From: Caldisphaera sp.
GTDB taxonomy: Archaea; Thermoproteota; Thermoprotei_A; Sulfolobales; Acidilobaceae
DNA length: 64,000 nt
NCBI GenBank assembly: GCA_049971805.1
Contig: JBMFKU010000006.1
Coordinates: 1-64,000 of the forward strand
Reading direction: 5' to 3'
The notes under the pieces are model-generated. The model saw only the letters and a program-made list of their open reading frames with translations. It did no database searches and was not told where the DNA came from. Below, in pieces: positions 52,362 to 61,927 of this stretch (within the stretch, counting starts at the first letter, position 1; each line of letters starts with the position of its first letter). The position numbers and the translations under genes were made by a program.

Positions 52362-52919
52362 ATGGAGTGTTTAAAAAAAGGATTTGTCGTATGGCTAACA
52401 GGTTTGCCTGGAAGCGGGAAAACTACTCTTAGTTTTAAGATATCAGAAATGCTAAAAAATGAAGGATACAGGGTTGAAGTTATAGATGGAGATTGGTTTA
52501 GAAAAAATATTGATCCAAATGCAGGATATACAAAGGAAGAGAGAAGAAATCACCTTTTAAGAGTTGCAACAATAGCTAGGTTACTAGCAAGAAATGGCAT
52601 TATAACTATATGTAGCTTTGTTTCGCCCTATGAAGATGTAAGAAATGAAGTTAAAAAATTAATAGAAGAAGAGGTAAGATTTTACCTTATCTATACAAAA
52701 TGCAATATTAATGAATGCATTAAAAGAGATCCTAAGGGTTTATATAAAAAAGCATTGAGAGGTGAAATAAAAAATTTTACTGGAATCAGCGATCCTTATG
52801 AAGAGCCCATAAAAGCAGATTTAACTCTAGATACAGCTAATAATAGCATTGAAAATAACTCAAAAATCCTATATGATTTTATCAAAAAATCATTATTACA
52901 GGTATCCAAGTCTCTTTAG
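52362..52919 (+). CDS. cysC: Adenylyl-sulfate (APS) kinase
   Basis: WLTGLPGSGKTT, DGD, RDPKGLY, FTGISDPYEEP. Confidence 0.96.
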   Translation: MECLKKGFVVWLTGLPGSGKTTLSFKISEMLKNEGYRVEVIDGDWFRKNIDPNAGYTKEERRNHLLRVATIARLLARNGIITICSFVSPYEDVRNEVKKLIEEEVRFYLIYTKCNINECIKRDPKGLYKKALRGEIKNFTGISDPYEEPIKADLTLDTANNSIENNSKILYDFIKKSLLQVSKSL

Positions 52920-53108
52920 TCTATCTTTTACTTTTTCCTCATCTTCTTTGCTCATAACTTGTTGATCTTGAGATTGGCTTATCAATTCATTAATCATAAA
53001 TTCAACAAGTTCTTCTACGCTATTAAATGTACCTTGAGATTCTATATACTTTTTTGCTTTCTCATACAAATCCTTTGAGATATTTATTGAAACCTTTTCT
53101 TGGCTCAT
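52896..53108 (-). CDS. CopG/RHH protein with C-terminal 'KVKDRLKRLGYL' tail
   Basis: VSINISKDLYEKAKK.I...FNSVEELVEFMINE. Confidence 0.85.
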   Translation of the reverse strand: MSQEKVSINISKDLYEKAKKYIESQGTFNSVEELVEFMINELISQSQDQQVMSKEDEEKVKDRLKRLGYL

Positions 53109-53509
53109 TCTTCCACCACATTATTGTATATGTTCAGAGATTATAAAAGTTCGATAATAATAGTTAATGCCAAGTCTAAAAATTTCAATTTTATCTTTCT
53201 ATATTTTATTTAATAGAAATTCAAGCTTCTCTTAAATTTAATTTTTACGTAAAATACAGGTTAATAATTAATTTTAATACTAGCAGTCCATATCTTTGTA
53301 AACTACAGACAATATTTATAATTAATATGATATAGATAATAAAAAACAATACTATTTTAATATACTTATATAACTAAAACTTTAACATCTAAATATTATT
53401 TTCTCCTATAAGATATCTTACAATTAAAAGAAGAGCTTTCATCATGCATAGAATTATCTTTTCTAATAGAAGGCATGGTTTTATAATTGTATAAAATCGT
53501 AATTGATAT

Positions 53510-53935
53510 TTATGTTTTTTCAAACCTATATTTTTTATAAAAGAGACATTTTTTAGCAATTTCATAGTAATTACTGATATCCCTCATAGTAATTCTATCA
53601 TATTCTCCATTTTTGTTCTTATGCAATAAATATTTATCATATATTTTTGCTTTGATCGCCTTTTCGTCAAATTCCTTTAATATTAATAAAATTATATCCT
53701 TTACAACCTCATTTTCGCACAAAGCAGTAAGCCCATTTAATTTGTTATTCACATTAGAATCAATTCCATGAAGGCAATTAAATGCAACATCATAATAATT
53801 TAGAAATTCTTCTTTGCTTATAGATATTTTGTAATCAAAGTATAGTGACGATTCTATGCAGTCTTTTCCAAGACCCTTTTTAATTAGACTTTCGATTATT
53901 TTTATTATTTTATTATTGCAATTGCTAAAGCTCAT
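53510..53935 (-). CDS. Hypothetical protein with an internal two-fold repeat
   Basis: Halves end NYYDVAFNCL and NYYEIAKKCL. Confidence 0.6.
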   Translation of the reverse strand: MSFSNCNNKIIKIIESLIKKGLGKDCIESSLYFDYKISISKEEFLNYYDVAFNCLHGIDSNVNNKLNGLTALCENEVVKDIILLILKEFDEKAIKAKIYDKYLLHKNKNGEYDRITMRDISNYYEIAKKCLFYKKYRFEKT

Positions 53936-54061
53936 TTCTCTACTCTCTCCCTTAAAGGTAAGGCCTTTCTAAGTTCAAAAGGGTTACAATTATATTGTTC
54001 ATGATTAAATTTATTTCATATTGTATATAATTGAATAAACTAATGTGTAAATGAGATGTAA

Positions 54062-54213
54062 CTGACCTTTTCCGCCCTGAAGAGTAAGGGTTCCCTTAGA
54101 GCGGTTCTAGGTTTGTGATTTACCGCCTTCATTTTTATCATTTCATAGCTAGCAGGTACATAAAGCGCCAACCCCGCCCCTAAGGGTTGAGGCTTGTCAT
54201 TTGTTTTGTCAAG
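54062..54213 (-). mobile_element. Non-autonomous IS200/IS605 MITE (PATE-like, ~150 bp) with both ends
   Basis: 54188-54213 (reverse complement) is identical to 4413-4438 (26 nt); right end GGGAACCCTTACTCTTCAGGGCGGAAAAGGTCAG. Confidence 0.85.
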
Positions 54214-54521
54214 CTTTTGCCTAATCAAATTTTCTAAATCTTAAAGATAAAAAATGAGAATTTTAACAAATAGATCCTTCTTTTACCCATCTTAATGCTA
54301 AAAACCTAATTTGTTATAAATAACCTTTTGTTATTTATTGGCTAAAGAGTTACGCCACGAGTAAACACTAAATAAATTATATTAGCTCTAATACTTTATT
54401 CTAACTTTAAATAAAAAAATTTCTAAGTAATAAAATTTTTCGTAAAGATCTGTCTATACTAAAATAAATAAATGGGCATATGACAAATTAAATAAAGCCA
54501 TTGATTAAGAGGGCATAAAAT

Positions 54522-54929
54522 GTGGAAAAGGTTTCAGAAATAATTGACTCCAAAATGGATTGGGCTGATATTGAACATTATTTAGCTAGTAAGCCTTTCT
54601 ACTACCATGTTTTAATAAGAAAATGTAATATATCGAATCCAAAAGCAAGTGGATATAAAAGATCGTTTGGTGAATACAATGGTGAAAAAATAGATTGGAG
54701 AAAGACGTTAATAAATGGTACTTGCATACACATAAGAGAATACGAAAACTACTATATAGTTCATAAAGATAAGGTTAATCCAGATGATAACTTATTAAAA
54801 CACATAGCTCTTGATTCATTAAAAAATCTTCCATTAATATTACCGTTTATTATACCTATTTTGTTATTAAGGTATAATTATAAGTTAATTTTGAAGAAAA
54901 GATTAAGGAAAACTGTTAAAATAAATTAA
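54522..54929 (+). CDS. Hypothetical protein with His-rich motif and C-terminal TM
   Basis: WRK...[24 protein letters not shown] followed by a hydrophobic stretch. Confidence 0.55.
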   Translation: MEKVSEIIDSKMDWADIEHYLASKPFYYHVLIRKCNISNPKASGYKRSFGEYNGEKIDWRKTLINGTCIHIREYENYYIVHKDKVNPDDNLLKHIALDSLKNLPLILPFIIPILLLRYNYKLILKKRLRKTVKIN

Positions 54930-55840
54930 ATACATTCCTTACTTATGTAATAATTATCAATCTTTGTAAAATATTCAGGATTTTCTGGTGGATATTGATA
55001 TTTGGTACAATCCTTTATTCCAGCCTTTTTAAATGCGTTGTACCTGTTTTTACAAGATTCACATTTACCGCAATGATATCTATTACTTAGATAGCAGCTC
55101 CATGTATCATATATTAGGTTTCCAATCTTATTATAGCAGTCTTTTATTATCATATCTTTTGTTAAACCTTCCTTACTAGGAGACCATATCTCAATTTTTC
55201 TTTCTGACCTGAAATGACATATTCTAAAAGATGATTGCAAAGACTCTATGCATTCTGGACTGCAATCTGGATATAAAGGCTCTCCTGTATCTTGCCTAGG
55301 TGCAATATCGTTGTAGTGAGCCCCATATATAACATAAGTTTTTTCTTTAAACAACTCAGATATGCTATATGCATATGCCGTTGCTATAGATAACATAACT
55401 ACATTTCTTATTGGAACAACTACACTTGGCATATAAGATTCTTCCACTTTTAAGTTTACATCAGTTAGTTGATTGTTTTTCCATAATTCCCCCATAAATG
55501 AAACATCAATTATTTTATGCTCTATTATTTTTCCAAAGTCTTCTTTATTATTAAAAATCTTTTTTAGCTCTTGTACAATGCTTTTAGCTATTTCTACTTC
55601 CTTTTTCCCTTTTTGACCATAAATAAAACTTAAAGCATGTACATTACATCCCCTAGAAAGCCATAAAGATGTATAGCAGGCAGAATCAGGACCACCGCTC
55701 ATTATTGATATAGCTCTACAAGGTCTTGTTACTTCCGGCTTTATTCCTAAGCTGCTCAACTTATCACCCCTAATTCTTTTTATAATTTTCCTATTTTGCT
55801 TACTATTAAACCTTTTCAAAATTTCTCGGATTAAAAGCAA
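54926..55840 (-). CDS. queC: 7-cyano-7-deazaguanine (preQ0) synthase
   Basis: [33 protein letters not shown]. Confidence 0.93.
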   Translation of the reverse strand: MLLIREILKRFNSKQNRKIIKRIRGDKLSSLGIKPEVTRPCRAISIMSGGPDSACYTSLWLSRGCNVHALSFIYGQKGKKEVEIAKSIVQELKKIFNNKEDFGKIIEHKIIDVSFMGELWKNNQLTDVNLKVEESYMPSVVVPIRNVVMLSIATAYAYSISELFKEKTYVIYGAHYNDIAPRQDTGEPLYPDCSPECIESLQSSFRICHFRSERKIEIWSPSKEGLTKDMIIKDCYNKIGNLIYDTWSCYLSNRYHCGKCESCKNRYNAFKKAGIKDCTKYQYPPENPEYFTKIDNYYISKECI

Positions 55841-56009
55841 AATTTATTGATTGAGTTTTTATATTTGCTTTAGTTCCATCATTTATTAAAATACCAATAA
55901 AAATCATTTGCCTTTTTTTATACAGTATTTATCTATACAGTAAACTATTATTTTTATCTATTAATAAATTAAAAAATAAATTTTATTATAAAAATTATAG
56001 ATTCAGAGT

Positions 56010-56207
56010 CCGTTTGTACCTACACTTTTATTTCAATCATTTTTTACTCATGATCAAGTGTAGAGACTTAGCCCTCAACCACCTGCCAAGCTTAACAGTA
56101 GGTGGGTCATGGGACTCCTTCGAGCTCAACGGCACGGGGCTCACATCTCCGCTTTTCCCCACCCTTTTGGGCATAGCCAACATCGGTGTGAGAGGTCATC
56201 CTTTAAC
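56010..56207 (-). ncRNA. Protein-less TnpB-element 3' end / omegaRNA-like structured RNA
   Basis: GC-rich stems (CTCACACC/GATGTGAG, CCACCT/AGGTGG, CTACACTT/AAGTGTAG); encodes SHDPPTVKLGRWLRAKSL, recalled as a crenarchaeal TnpB C-terminus; ends ACAAACGG; degenerate sibling at 14882-14959. Confidence 0.65.
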
Positions 56208-56228
56208 AGTAAAAACTAAGCATATTTG

Positions 56229-56248
56229 AATATAAAAAGGATTTTTAC
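56229..56248 (-). promoter_or_regulatory. Putative BRE/TATA promoter for the 56010-56207 RNA
   Basis: Minus strand reads GTAAAAATCC-TTTTTATAT, about 25 nt upstream of the GC-rich block. Confidence 0.5.
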
Positions 56249-56264
56249 TAAAGTGAAAAAGGAT

Positions 56265-57257
56265 TCAGCCCTCTTTTTGCAAACAATCTGACTCATATAC
56301 GTCTAAAACAGCCTTTAAATCCCTTAAAGCCAATTCAGGGGGCATCGGTACGCTTTTTTCTTCAATTATCGAATCAATAAATCCCTTAAGCTCATCCTTT
56401 ATTGAGTCACCATCTGGTAATTCAACTCTATTATTATTAAAAATTAAATCCCCATATCTCCTTACATATCTTGTTTTTCCAGAAACCTCTACTTTTCTAG
56501 TATAAGGATCTTCATAAATTGTTCCCTTTTCTCCATATATCTCAAATGCTGGAACCATAGGAGAATTGTTCATACCCCAGCTAAACATCAATAGGCCATT
56601 AGCACCGCTCTTAAATTTAAACAAAGAAAAACTCGTATCTTCACCTTCCATATCTACTATTGATTTATAATTTGATGAACAAATCTTATCATAGCTTCCC
56701 CCGAAATTTAGTAGCGCATCAACTAAATGTATTCCGCCATCTATTAGTGACCCCCCACCCATAGATGCCTTTACTTTTCTCCAATTTCTTGGTTGATTAA
56801 ATGTTGTATACCTAACAACTATAGTATAAATTTTTCCTAATTCTTTAATTAATTCAACTGCTTTTCTTATAGATAAATCAAAATAATAGTTTTCAGCTAC
56901 CATAAACTTTACCTTACTTACCTTAGCCTTTTCAATTATTTTATTCGCCTCTTCCACACTTCTTGCTATAGGCTTTTCAAGTATAACATGCTTTTTTCTA
57001 TCCATGGCCTTTATGCTCATATCTAGATGAGCATCATGACTTACAATTAAATCTACTATGTCTAAATCAGAACTTAAAACTTCATCGTATGATGTAAAAA
57101 TACCTGATGCCTTAAATTCCCTTGCAAGGCTTTCAGCTTCATTTTTATCAGAGCTAAATACATAAACTTTTATATCATAGCCCTCATCTTTCAACTTATT
57201 AAGAGCATATAAATGAACTCTACCAAACCCTCTGCTACCTACTACAGCAATCTTCAA
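56265..57257 (-). CDS. Gfo/Idh/MocA-family oxidoreductase
   Basis: IAVVGSRGFGRVH, HVILEKP, GGGSLIDGGIH. Confidence 0.92.
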   Translation of the reverse strand: MKIAVVGSRGFGRVHLYALNKLKDEGYDIKVYVFSSDKNEAESLAREFKASGIFTSYDEVLSSDLDIVDLIVSHDAHLDMSIKAMDRKKHVILEKPIARSVEEANKIIEKAKVSKVKFMVAENYYFDLSIRKAVELIKELGKIYTIVVRYTTFNQPRNWRKVKASMGGGSLIDGGIHLVDALLNFGGSYDKICSSNYKSIVDMEGEDTSFSLFKFKSGANGLLMFSWGMNNSPMVPAFEIYGEKGTIYEDPYTRKVEVSGKTRYVRRYGDLIFNNNRVELPDGDSIKDELKGFIDSIIEEKSVPMPPELALRDLKAVLDVYESDCLQKEG

Positions 57258-57337
57258 AATATCCCCCTAATTTATTGTCTTATATGAAATTAAAATATTT
57301 TTCCATATTTAACAATAGAATGCTTTAAATATTTAAT

Positions 57338-57532
57338 TTACTTTAAAACCCTTGATAAGAAATGCAACAGGCCTCTTATGCCAATCATAGCACCTGCTAA
57401 ACTTAAAGACAATGCTATAACCAATAACCATAGACTATCGAAAATCATGCCAATATAAGTTAATAAAAATGAAAAAAGCAGAAGAGAAATCCCAAGAATA
57501 ATTTCAATATAATAGCTCTTCATCTTTCCCAC
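57338..57532 (-). CDS. Small 2-TM membrane protein at the end of the dpp operon
   Basis: Two hydrophobic helices; abuts the dppF stop. Confidence 0.6.
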   Translation of the reverse strand: MGKMKSYYIEIILGISLLLFSFLLTYIGMIFDSLWLLVIALSLSLAGAMIGIRGLLHFLSRVLK

Positions 57533-58534
57533 TCAATATAACCAGCAAGCAACTTCATGATCAGAGCTTACTGACTTTAGATCTGGCATTTTTTCTAAGC
57601 ATTTTTGTGTAGCAAATGGGCACCTATCATAAAATGGACAACCTAAAACCTTACCACTCTCAATAGATCTTTCCTTTACATTAATATTTTTTATGATATC
57701 CTTGCTTTCAGGATTAATTTTTGGGTATGCCTCAAGCAATGCTTTTGTATATGGATGCAAAGGATCTTTTAACACAGTTGTTGCCCTTCCGCTCTCAACT
57801 ATTTTACCCTTATACATAACTAATATTCTGTTTGCAACTATCTTTGCTATAGGCAATTCGTGTGTTATAAACATAATAGTTATATTAGTTTGTTTATTAA
57901 TCTTTTTTAATAAATCAACTATTTCTCCTTTTAATGATGCATCTAGCATTGTAACTGGCTCATCAGCTACTAAAAACTTCGGATCTAAAGAAAGTGCCCT
58001 TGCAATACTGAGCCTCTGTCTTTGACCTCCAGATAGCTGAAAAACGTAATTATTTAATACATCGTTTGGCAGGCCTACCATGTTTAAAACTTCTTCAATT
58101 TTTTTATTTATCTCGCTTTTTTCTTTAATTTTTGCATACTTTAATGGCATGCTAAGTGCATCTATAACCTTCATATAAGGATCGATTGATGAATAAGGAT
58201 CTTGATATATCATCTGTAGCTCCCTTCTTATGTGCTTTATAACTTTTGTTTTTGGAGTTATAACAATAGGACTACCATTTTTATTATAGATAATTTTACC
58301 ATCAGTTGGCTTTTGCAGTCCTATCATAGCCCTTCCCAGTGTTGTTTTGCCAGAACCGCTTTCTCCGACTAAGGCCATTACCTCTCCTCTTTTAATACTT
58401 ACGTTTACATCATCAACTGCCTTTGTTATTTGCTTTTCAGATAAAAATCCCCCTTTTGTAAAATAAACCTTTAGTCCTTGAGTTGCTATTAACACATTTG
58501 GATCAATATAGCCAGCATGAGACATATCTATCAC
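57533..58534 (-). CDS. dppF: Oligopeptide/dipeptide ABC ATPase (DppF/OppF)
   Basis: GESGSGKTT, LSGGQRQR, ADEP, HPYT, C-terminal Cys cluster. Confidence 0.9.
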   Translation of the reverse strand: MIDMSHAGYIDPNVLIATQGLKVYFTKGGFLSEKQITKAVDDVNVSIKRGEVMALVGESGSGKTTLGRAMIGLQKPTDGKIIYNKNGSPIVITPKTKVIKHIRRELQMIYQDPYSSIDPYMKVIDALSMPLKYAKIKEKSEINKKIEEVLNMVGLPNDVLNNYVFQLSGGQRQRLSIARALSLDPKFLVADEPVTMLDASLKGEIVDLLKKINKQTNITIMFITHELPIAKIVANRILVMYKGKIVESGRATTVLKDPLHPYTKALLEAYPKINPESKDIIKNINVKERSIESGKVLGCPFYDRCPFATQKCLEKMPDLKSVSSDHEVACWLY

Positions 58535-59459
58535 CCTCTAATCTCTTCATTTCAGGCTCCTTTTGCTTGCAGATCTCCATTGCATAAGGGCACCTATCGC
58601 TAAATCTACACCCTTTAGGTAGATTGGCTAAATCTGGCATAAACCCAGGTATACCTTTAATATAGTCCTTATTAATATCTGCTATTGAATCCATTAATGA
58701 TTGAGTATAAGGATGTTTAGGATTTTTATATAAATCAAGTGAATTTCCAGATTCCATTATAGCCCCAGCATACATTATATAAAGCCTATCTGATATCTCA
58801 GACAGCAATGCAAGATCGTGAGTTATAAAAATTATTGATAGACCCAAATCCCTTTTTAATGCTTTTAATAAATTAATTATCTTTGCCTGTGTTATAACAT
58901 CTAGAGCAGTTGTTGGCTCATCACAAATAAGTATTTCAGGGTTTAATGCCAATGCCATAGCAATAAAGGCTCTTTGTCTCATGCCCCCTGAAAGCTCGTG
59001 AGGATATTTATCGGATACTGATGGATCCAGCTCAACCATTTTTAATAGCTCATTAACCCTCTCTTTAAAGTTACCCTTATATTCATGGATTTCTAATACT
59101 TCTTCGATTTGTTGACCAATCTTAAAAACTGGGGTAAAACCGTTCATAGAACCTTGAAATATCATAGAAATTTTTTTCCATCTGATTTCTCTATTAAATT
59201 TATCTTCATCATAAGACAGTAAATCCTCATTGTTAAATAATATCTTACCCCCAACAATCTTGCCAGGAGGAGTTATCAACCTCATTATACCCATTGCTAA
59301 AGTGCTTTTACCAGAACCGCTTTCTCCCGCAATACCTATAACTTCTTTTCTATTTAAATCCAAGTCAACCTTATCCACTGCTTTTCTAACACCCTTTGCT
59401 GTATAAAAATGTATCGAAAATTCTCTTACAGATAATATAGGCATTTTACTTACCTCCAA
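58503..59459 (-). CDS. dppD: Oligopeptide/dipeptide ABC ATPase (DppD/OppD)
   Basis: GESGSGKST, YPHELSGGMRQR, DEPTTALDV. Confidence 0.92.
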   Translation of the reverse strand: MEVSKMPILSVREFSIHFYTAKGVRKAVDKVDLDLNRKEVIGIAGESGSGKSTLAMGIMRLITPPGKIVGGKILFNNEDLLSYDEDKFNREIRWKKISMIFQGSMNGFTPVFKIGQQIEEVLEIHEYKGNFKERVNELLKMVELDPSVSDKYPHELSGGMRQRAFIAMALALNPEILICDEPTTALDVITQAKIINLLKALKRDLGLSIIFITHDLALLSEISDRLYIMYAGAIMESGNSLDLYKNPKHPYTQSLMDSIADINKDYIKGIPGFMPDLANLPKGCRFSDRCPYAMEICKQKEPEMKRLEGDRYVSCWLY

Positions 59460-60801
59460 AAACAGCTTTTTCTATAGAGAAGCCTATCATCACAAATGGA
59501 ATAGAAACCAAAATTATCATAACTCCAGGGAAGAGAATCCACCACCACCATCCATTTACAGCTGCCAAATTTGATTCTGCACTGTTTAAAATTGAACCCC
59601 AAGTTACTAAACCCGTTGGGGTTAGACCTAAGAAAGCAAGGGTCTCAACCAATATTATAGCAGCAGGCACACCTAATGCTGTATATGCTATTGCAAATGG
59701 TGTTAACCTTGGAAGAAAATGAGTGAAAAATATCCTATATGAAGGTATGCCTAATACTTTATCAGCCTCTACAAACGTCTCATTTTTTATTGATTGTGCA
59801 GAACTCCTTGCTATTATGGCATAAAAAGGCCAAGACAAAAATGCTATTAATAATGCTTCTAGAAATAAGTTAGGCCTCATAATGTAAGATAAGACAACTA
59901 AAAATGGTAAAGCAGGCAAAACTAATATCACCAGAGTTATCCAATTCATAGCAGAATCTGTTTTACCTCCAAGAAAGCCAGATATACCTCCTACAATAAC
60001 TCCACCTATAACTGATATTATTGATGTGAGCAATCCTATTTCCAAAGCGTTTGGGAATCCTAATAGAATACCTAAATCTATTGGCCTTCCGTATATATCT
60101 GTACCAAATAATCCATAAGCGTTGCCTTCTAAGTAAATTTTGTTTGATAATATTTTAGTATTTGGGGAAGTAACGATAGTTATTGAAACCTTATATAAAC
60201 CCTTTTCAACAGTACCGTTTAATAAATTTTTTCCTTCATATCCAAATAAGGCTTGAGAATATGTTTGTGATGTTGAAGAAGAAGGTACATAACCTATTTG
60301 CTGACTTATATAATTGCCAATAGAGCTGGAATAACTTATTAGGTCTGTAATGCTAGTAGGAGAATTTGAGCTTAAAGTAATATTAGTCCCATCTGGTTTT
60401 GTCCATAATATCTGCATTGCTTGAATAGGACTAGATGTTTCTATATAAAAAACTACATCTGTTGGAGGTTTATCTTTGATCCAAGTAAAATTATAATTTA
60501 ACTGATATATATCATAACTACTTGATGAATAAATAGATAAAGGGCTTGTAGATATAGTTTTTGTTCCAAATATTTTTGAAGGATTAAAATATGACATCCA
60601 ATAAGGCATTGCATTTTTTGGGTATGTTTCCCAATAGACAGAGTTTTCCCACTGTGGAGACACTTTTCCAAAACTGGTTACTGCATAAATAGATAAAGCT
60701 ACAAAAAAGATAATCATTATTAAGCCTATCAAGCCTGACTTATTTTTTATTATTGTATTTACATATAGCTTTATTCCAGTTTCTGCAGCCATATCACTCA
60801 C
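59446..60801 (-). CDS. dppC: Oligopeptide ABC permease (DppC/OppC) with a large extracellular loop
   Basis: FGTDIYGR, EAA loop FVEADKVLG, WWWILFPG. Confidence 0.9.
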   Translation of the reverse strand: MSDMAAETGIKLYVNTIIKNKSGLIGLIMIIFFVALSIYAVTSFGKVSPQWENSVYWETYPKNAMPYWMSYFNPSKIFGTKTISTSPLSIYSSSSYDIYQLNYNFTWIKDKPPTDVVFYIETSSPIQAMQILWTKPDGTNITLSSNSPTSITDLISYSSSIGNYISQQIGYVPSSSTSQTYSQALFGYEGKNLLNGTVEKGLYKVSITIVTSPNTKILSNKIYLEGNAYGLFGTDIYGRPIDLGILLGFPNALEIGLLTSIISVIGGVIVGGISGFLGGKTDSAMNWITLVILVLPALPFLVVLSYIMRPNLFLEALLIAFLSWPFYAIIARSSAQSIKNETFVEADKVLGIPSYRIFFTHFLPRLTPFAIAYTALGVPAAIILVETLAFLGLTPTGLVTWGSILNSAESNLAAVNGWWWWILFPGVMIILVSIPFVMIGFSIEKAVFGGK

Positions 60802-61882
60802 CTGCCTTAATTCTTGGATCTAAATAACCTTTTACTAATTCATTTATAAACAAAGCCAGCAAAAGAATAACAGTCAAAACAAAGTTAATCCCAAGTATTA
60901 CAGGCAAATCATTTAGCAATATCGCTACGTATGTCAACCATCCAACACCATGCCAGTTAAACACAATTTCTGTCGTCAATCCTCCAGCAAAAGAACCAGC
61001 TATAGCTAATGCTACTTGGGTAGATATAGATGGTGACGCAGTTCTTAGTATATGCATATATAATATCCTTGAATCACTTAATCCTCTGGCCTTTGCAGTC
61101 ATAACAAAGTCTTCCTTTGTTGTACTGATGACTAAGCTTCTTACAACATACGCAAATCCTCCTACATTGACTATAAAAAATGCCAATAAAGGAAGCGCCA
61201 TATGATAAAGCATATTTATAGAATACATAAGTGGACTTTTAGGAGGAGGAATTGACGTTATTCCTCCTGGAGGGAAAACTTTTACACCATATGCTAATGC
61301 GGCAATCAAAAGAAAACCCAACCACCATGTAGGTAAGCTTGAGTGAATAACGGCAATAGTTGGAACTATTTTATCCCATACAGTACCTGCATACCTTGCT
61401 GATAACAATCCAATTAAAGTACCTGCAAATATTACTATTAATGTACCTGTGGTAAATAATATTATCGTGTAAGGTAAATAACTTGCAATAATAACATATA
61501 CCTTATGGCTTCCGTTAGGTGCCTCTAAAAAATATGCATTTCCGAAATTGAATGTTAATAGATTTTTCATCTGAATGAAATATCTTAAATAAAGAGGTTG
61601 GTTTAGACCATAGGTTGTCATCAAAGAATCCTTATATTTATTTACTAAAATATTAATATTTGTTAGGTTTATACTACCGTGACCTGCAGAGTGCTTTAAT
61701 ATTGCTTGCTTAAATCCTTCAGCTTCTGTTTGCACTGTTGCTTTAAGAACTTCTTGTATTACGGGATATGTTAATAGATATAGTAAACTCATAGCAGCTA
61801 TCAATACTGTTATATAAATTATAATTTCTTTAGCTAAGTATGACTTATATCCCATAACTTTTAACACCAAACTTGTATCCAA
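60794..61882 (-). CDS. dppB: Oligopeptide ABC permease (DppB/OppB)
   Basis: YGLNQPLYLRY, FVMTAKARGL, LDPRI. Confidence 0.9.
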   Translation of the reverse strand: MDTSLVLKVMGYKSYLAKEIIIYITVLIAAMSLLYLLTYPVIQEVLKATVQTEAEGFKQAILKHSAGHGSINLTNINILVNKYKDSLMTTYGLNQPLYLRYFIQMKNLLTFNFGNAYFLEAPNGSHKVYVIIASYLPYTIILFTTGTLIVIFAGTLIGLLSARYAGTVWDKIVPTIAVIHSSLPTWWLGFLLIAALAYGVKVFPPGGITSIPPPKSPLMYSINMLYHMALPLLAFFIVNVGGFAYVVRSLVISTTKEDFVMTAKARGLSDSRILYMHILRTASPSISTQVALAIAGSFAGGLTTEIVFNWHGVGWLTYVAILLNDLPVILGINFVLTVILLLALFINELVKGYLDPRIKAGE

Positions 61883-61927
61883 AAATAAAAAGATGTATAA
61901 AGTTAAAAAAGTTTTTTAATGGATTTG

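Noticed and set aside
54040-54228. 62-aa ORF
   Set aside because: It spans the MITE ends; at most it includes a vestigial tnpB tail.
56014-56229. 71-aa plus-strand ORF; also considered RNase P or SRP RNA here
   Set aside because: The ORF is a by-product of GC-rich structured DNA. RNase P P4 and SRP helix-8 signatures were not seen.
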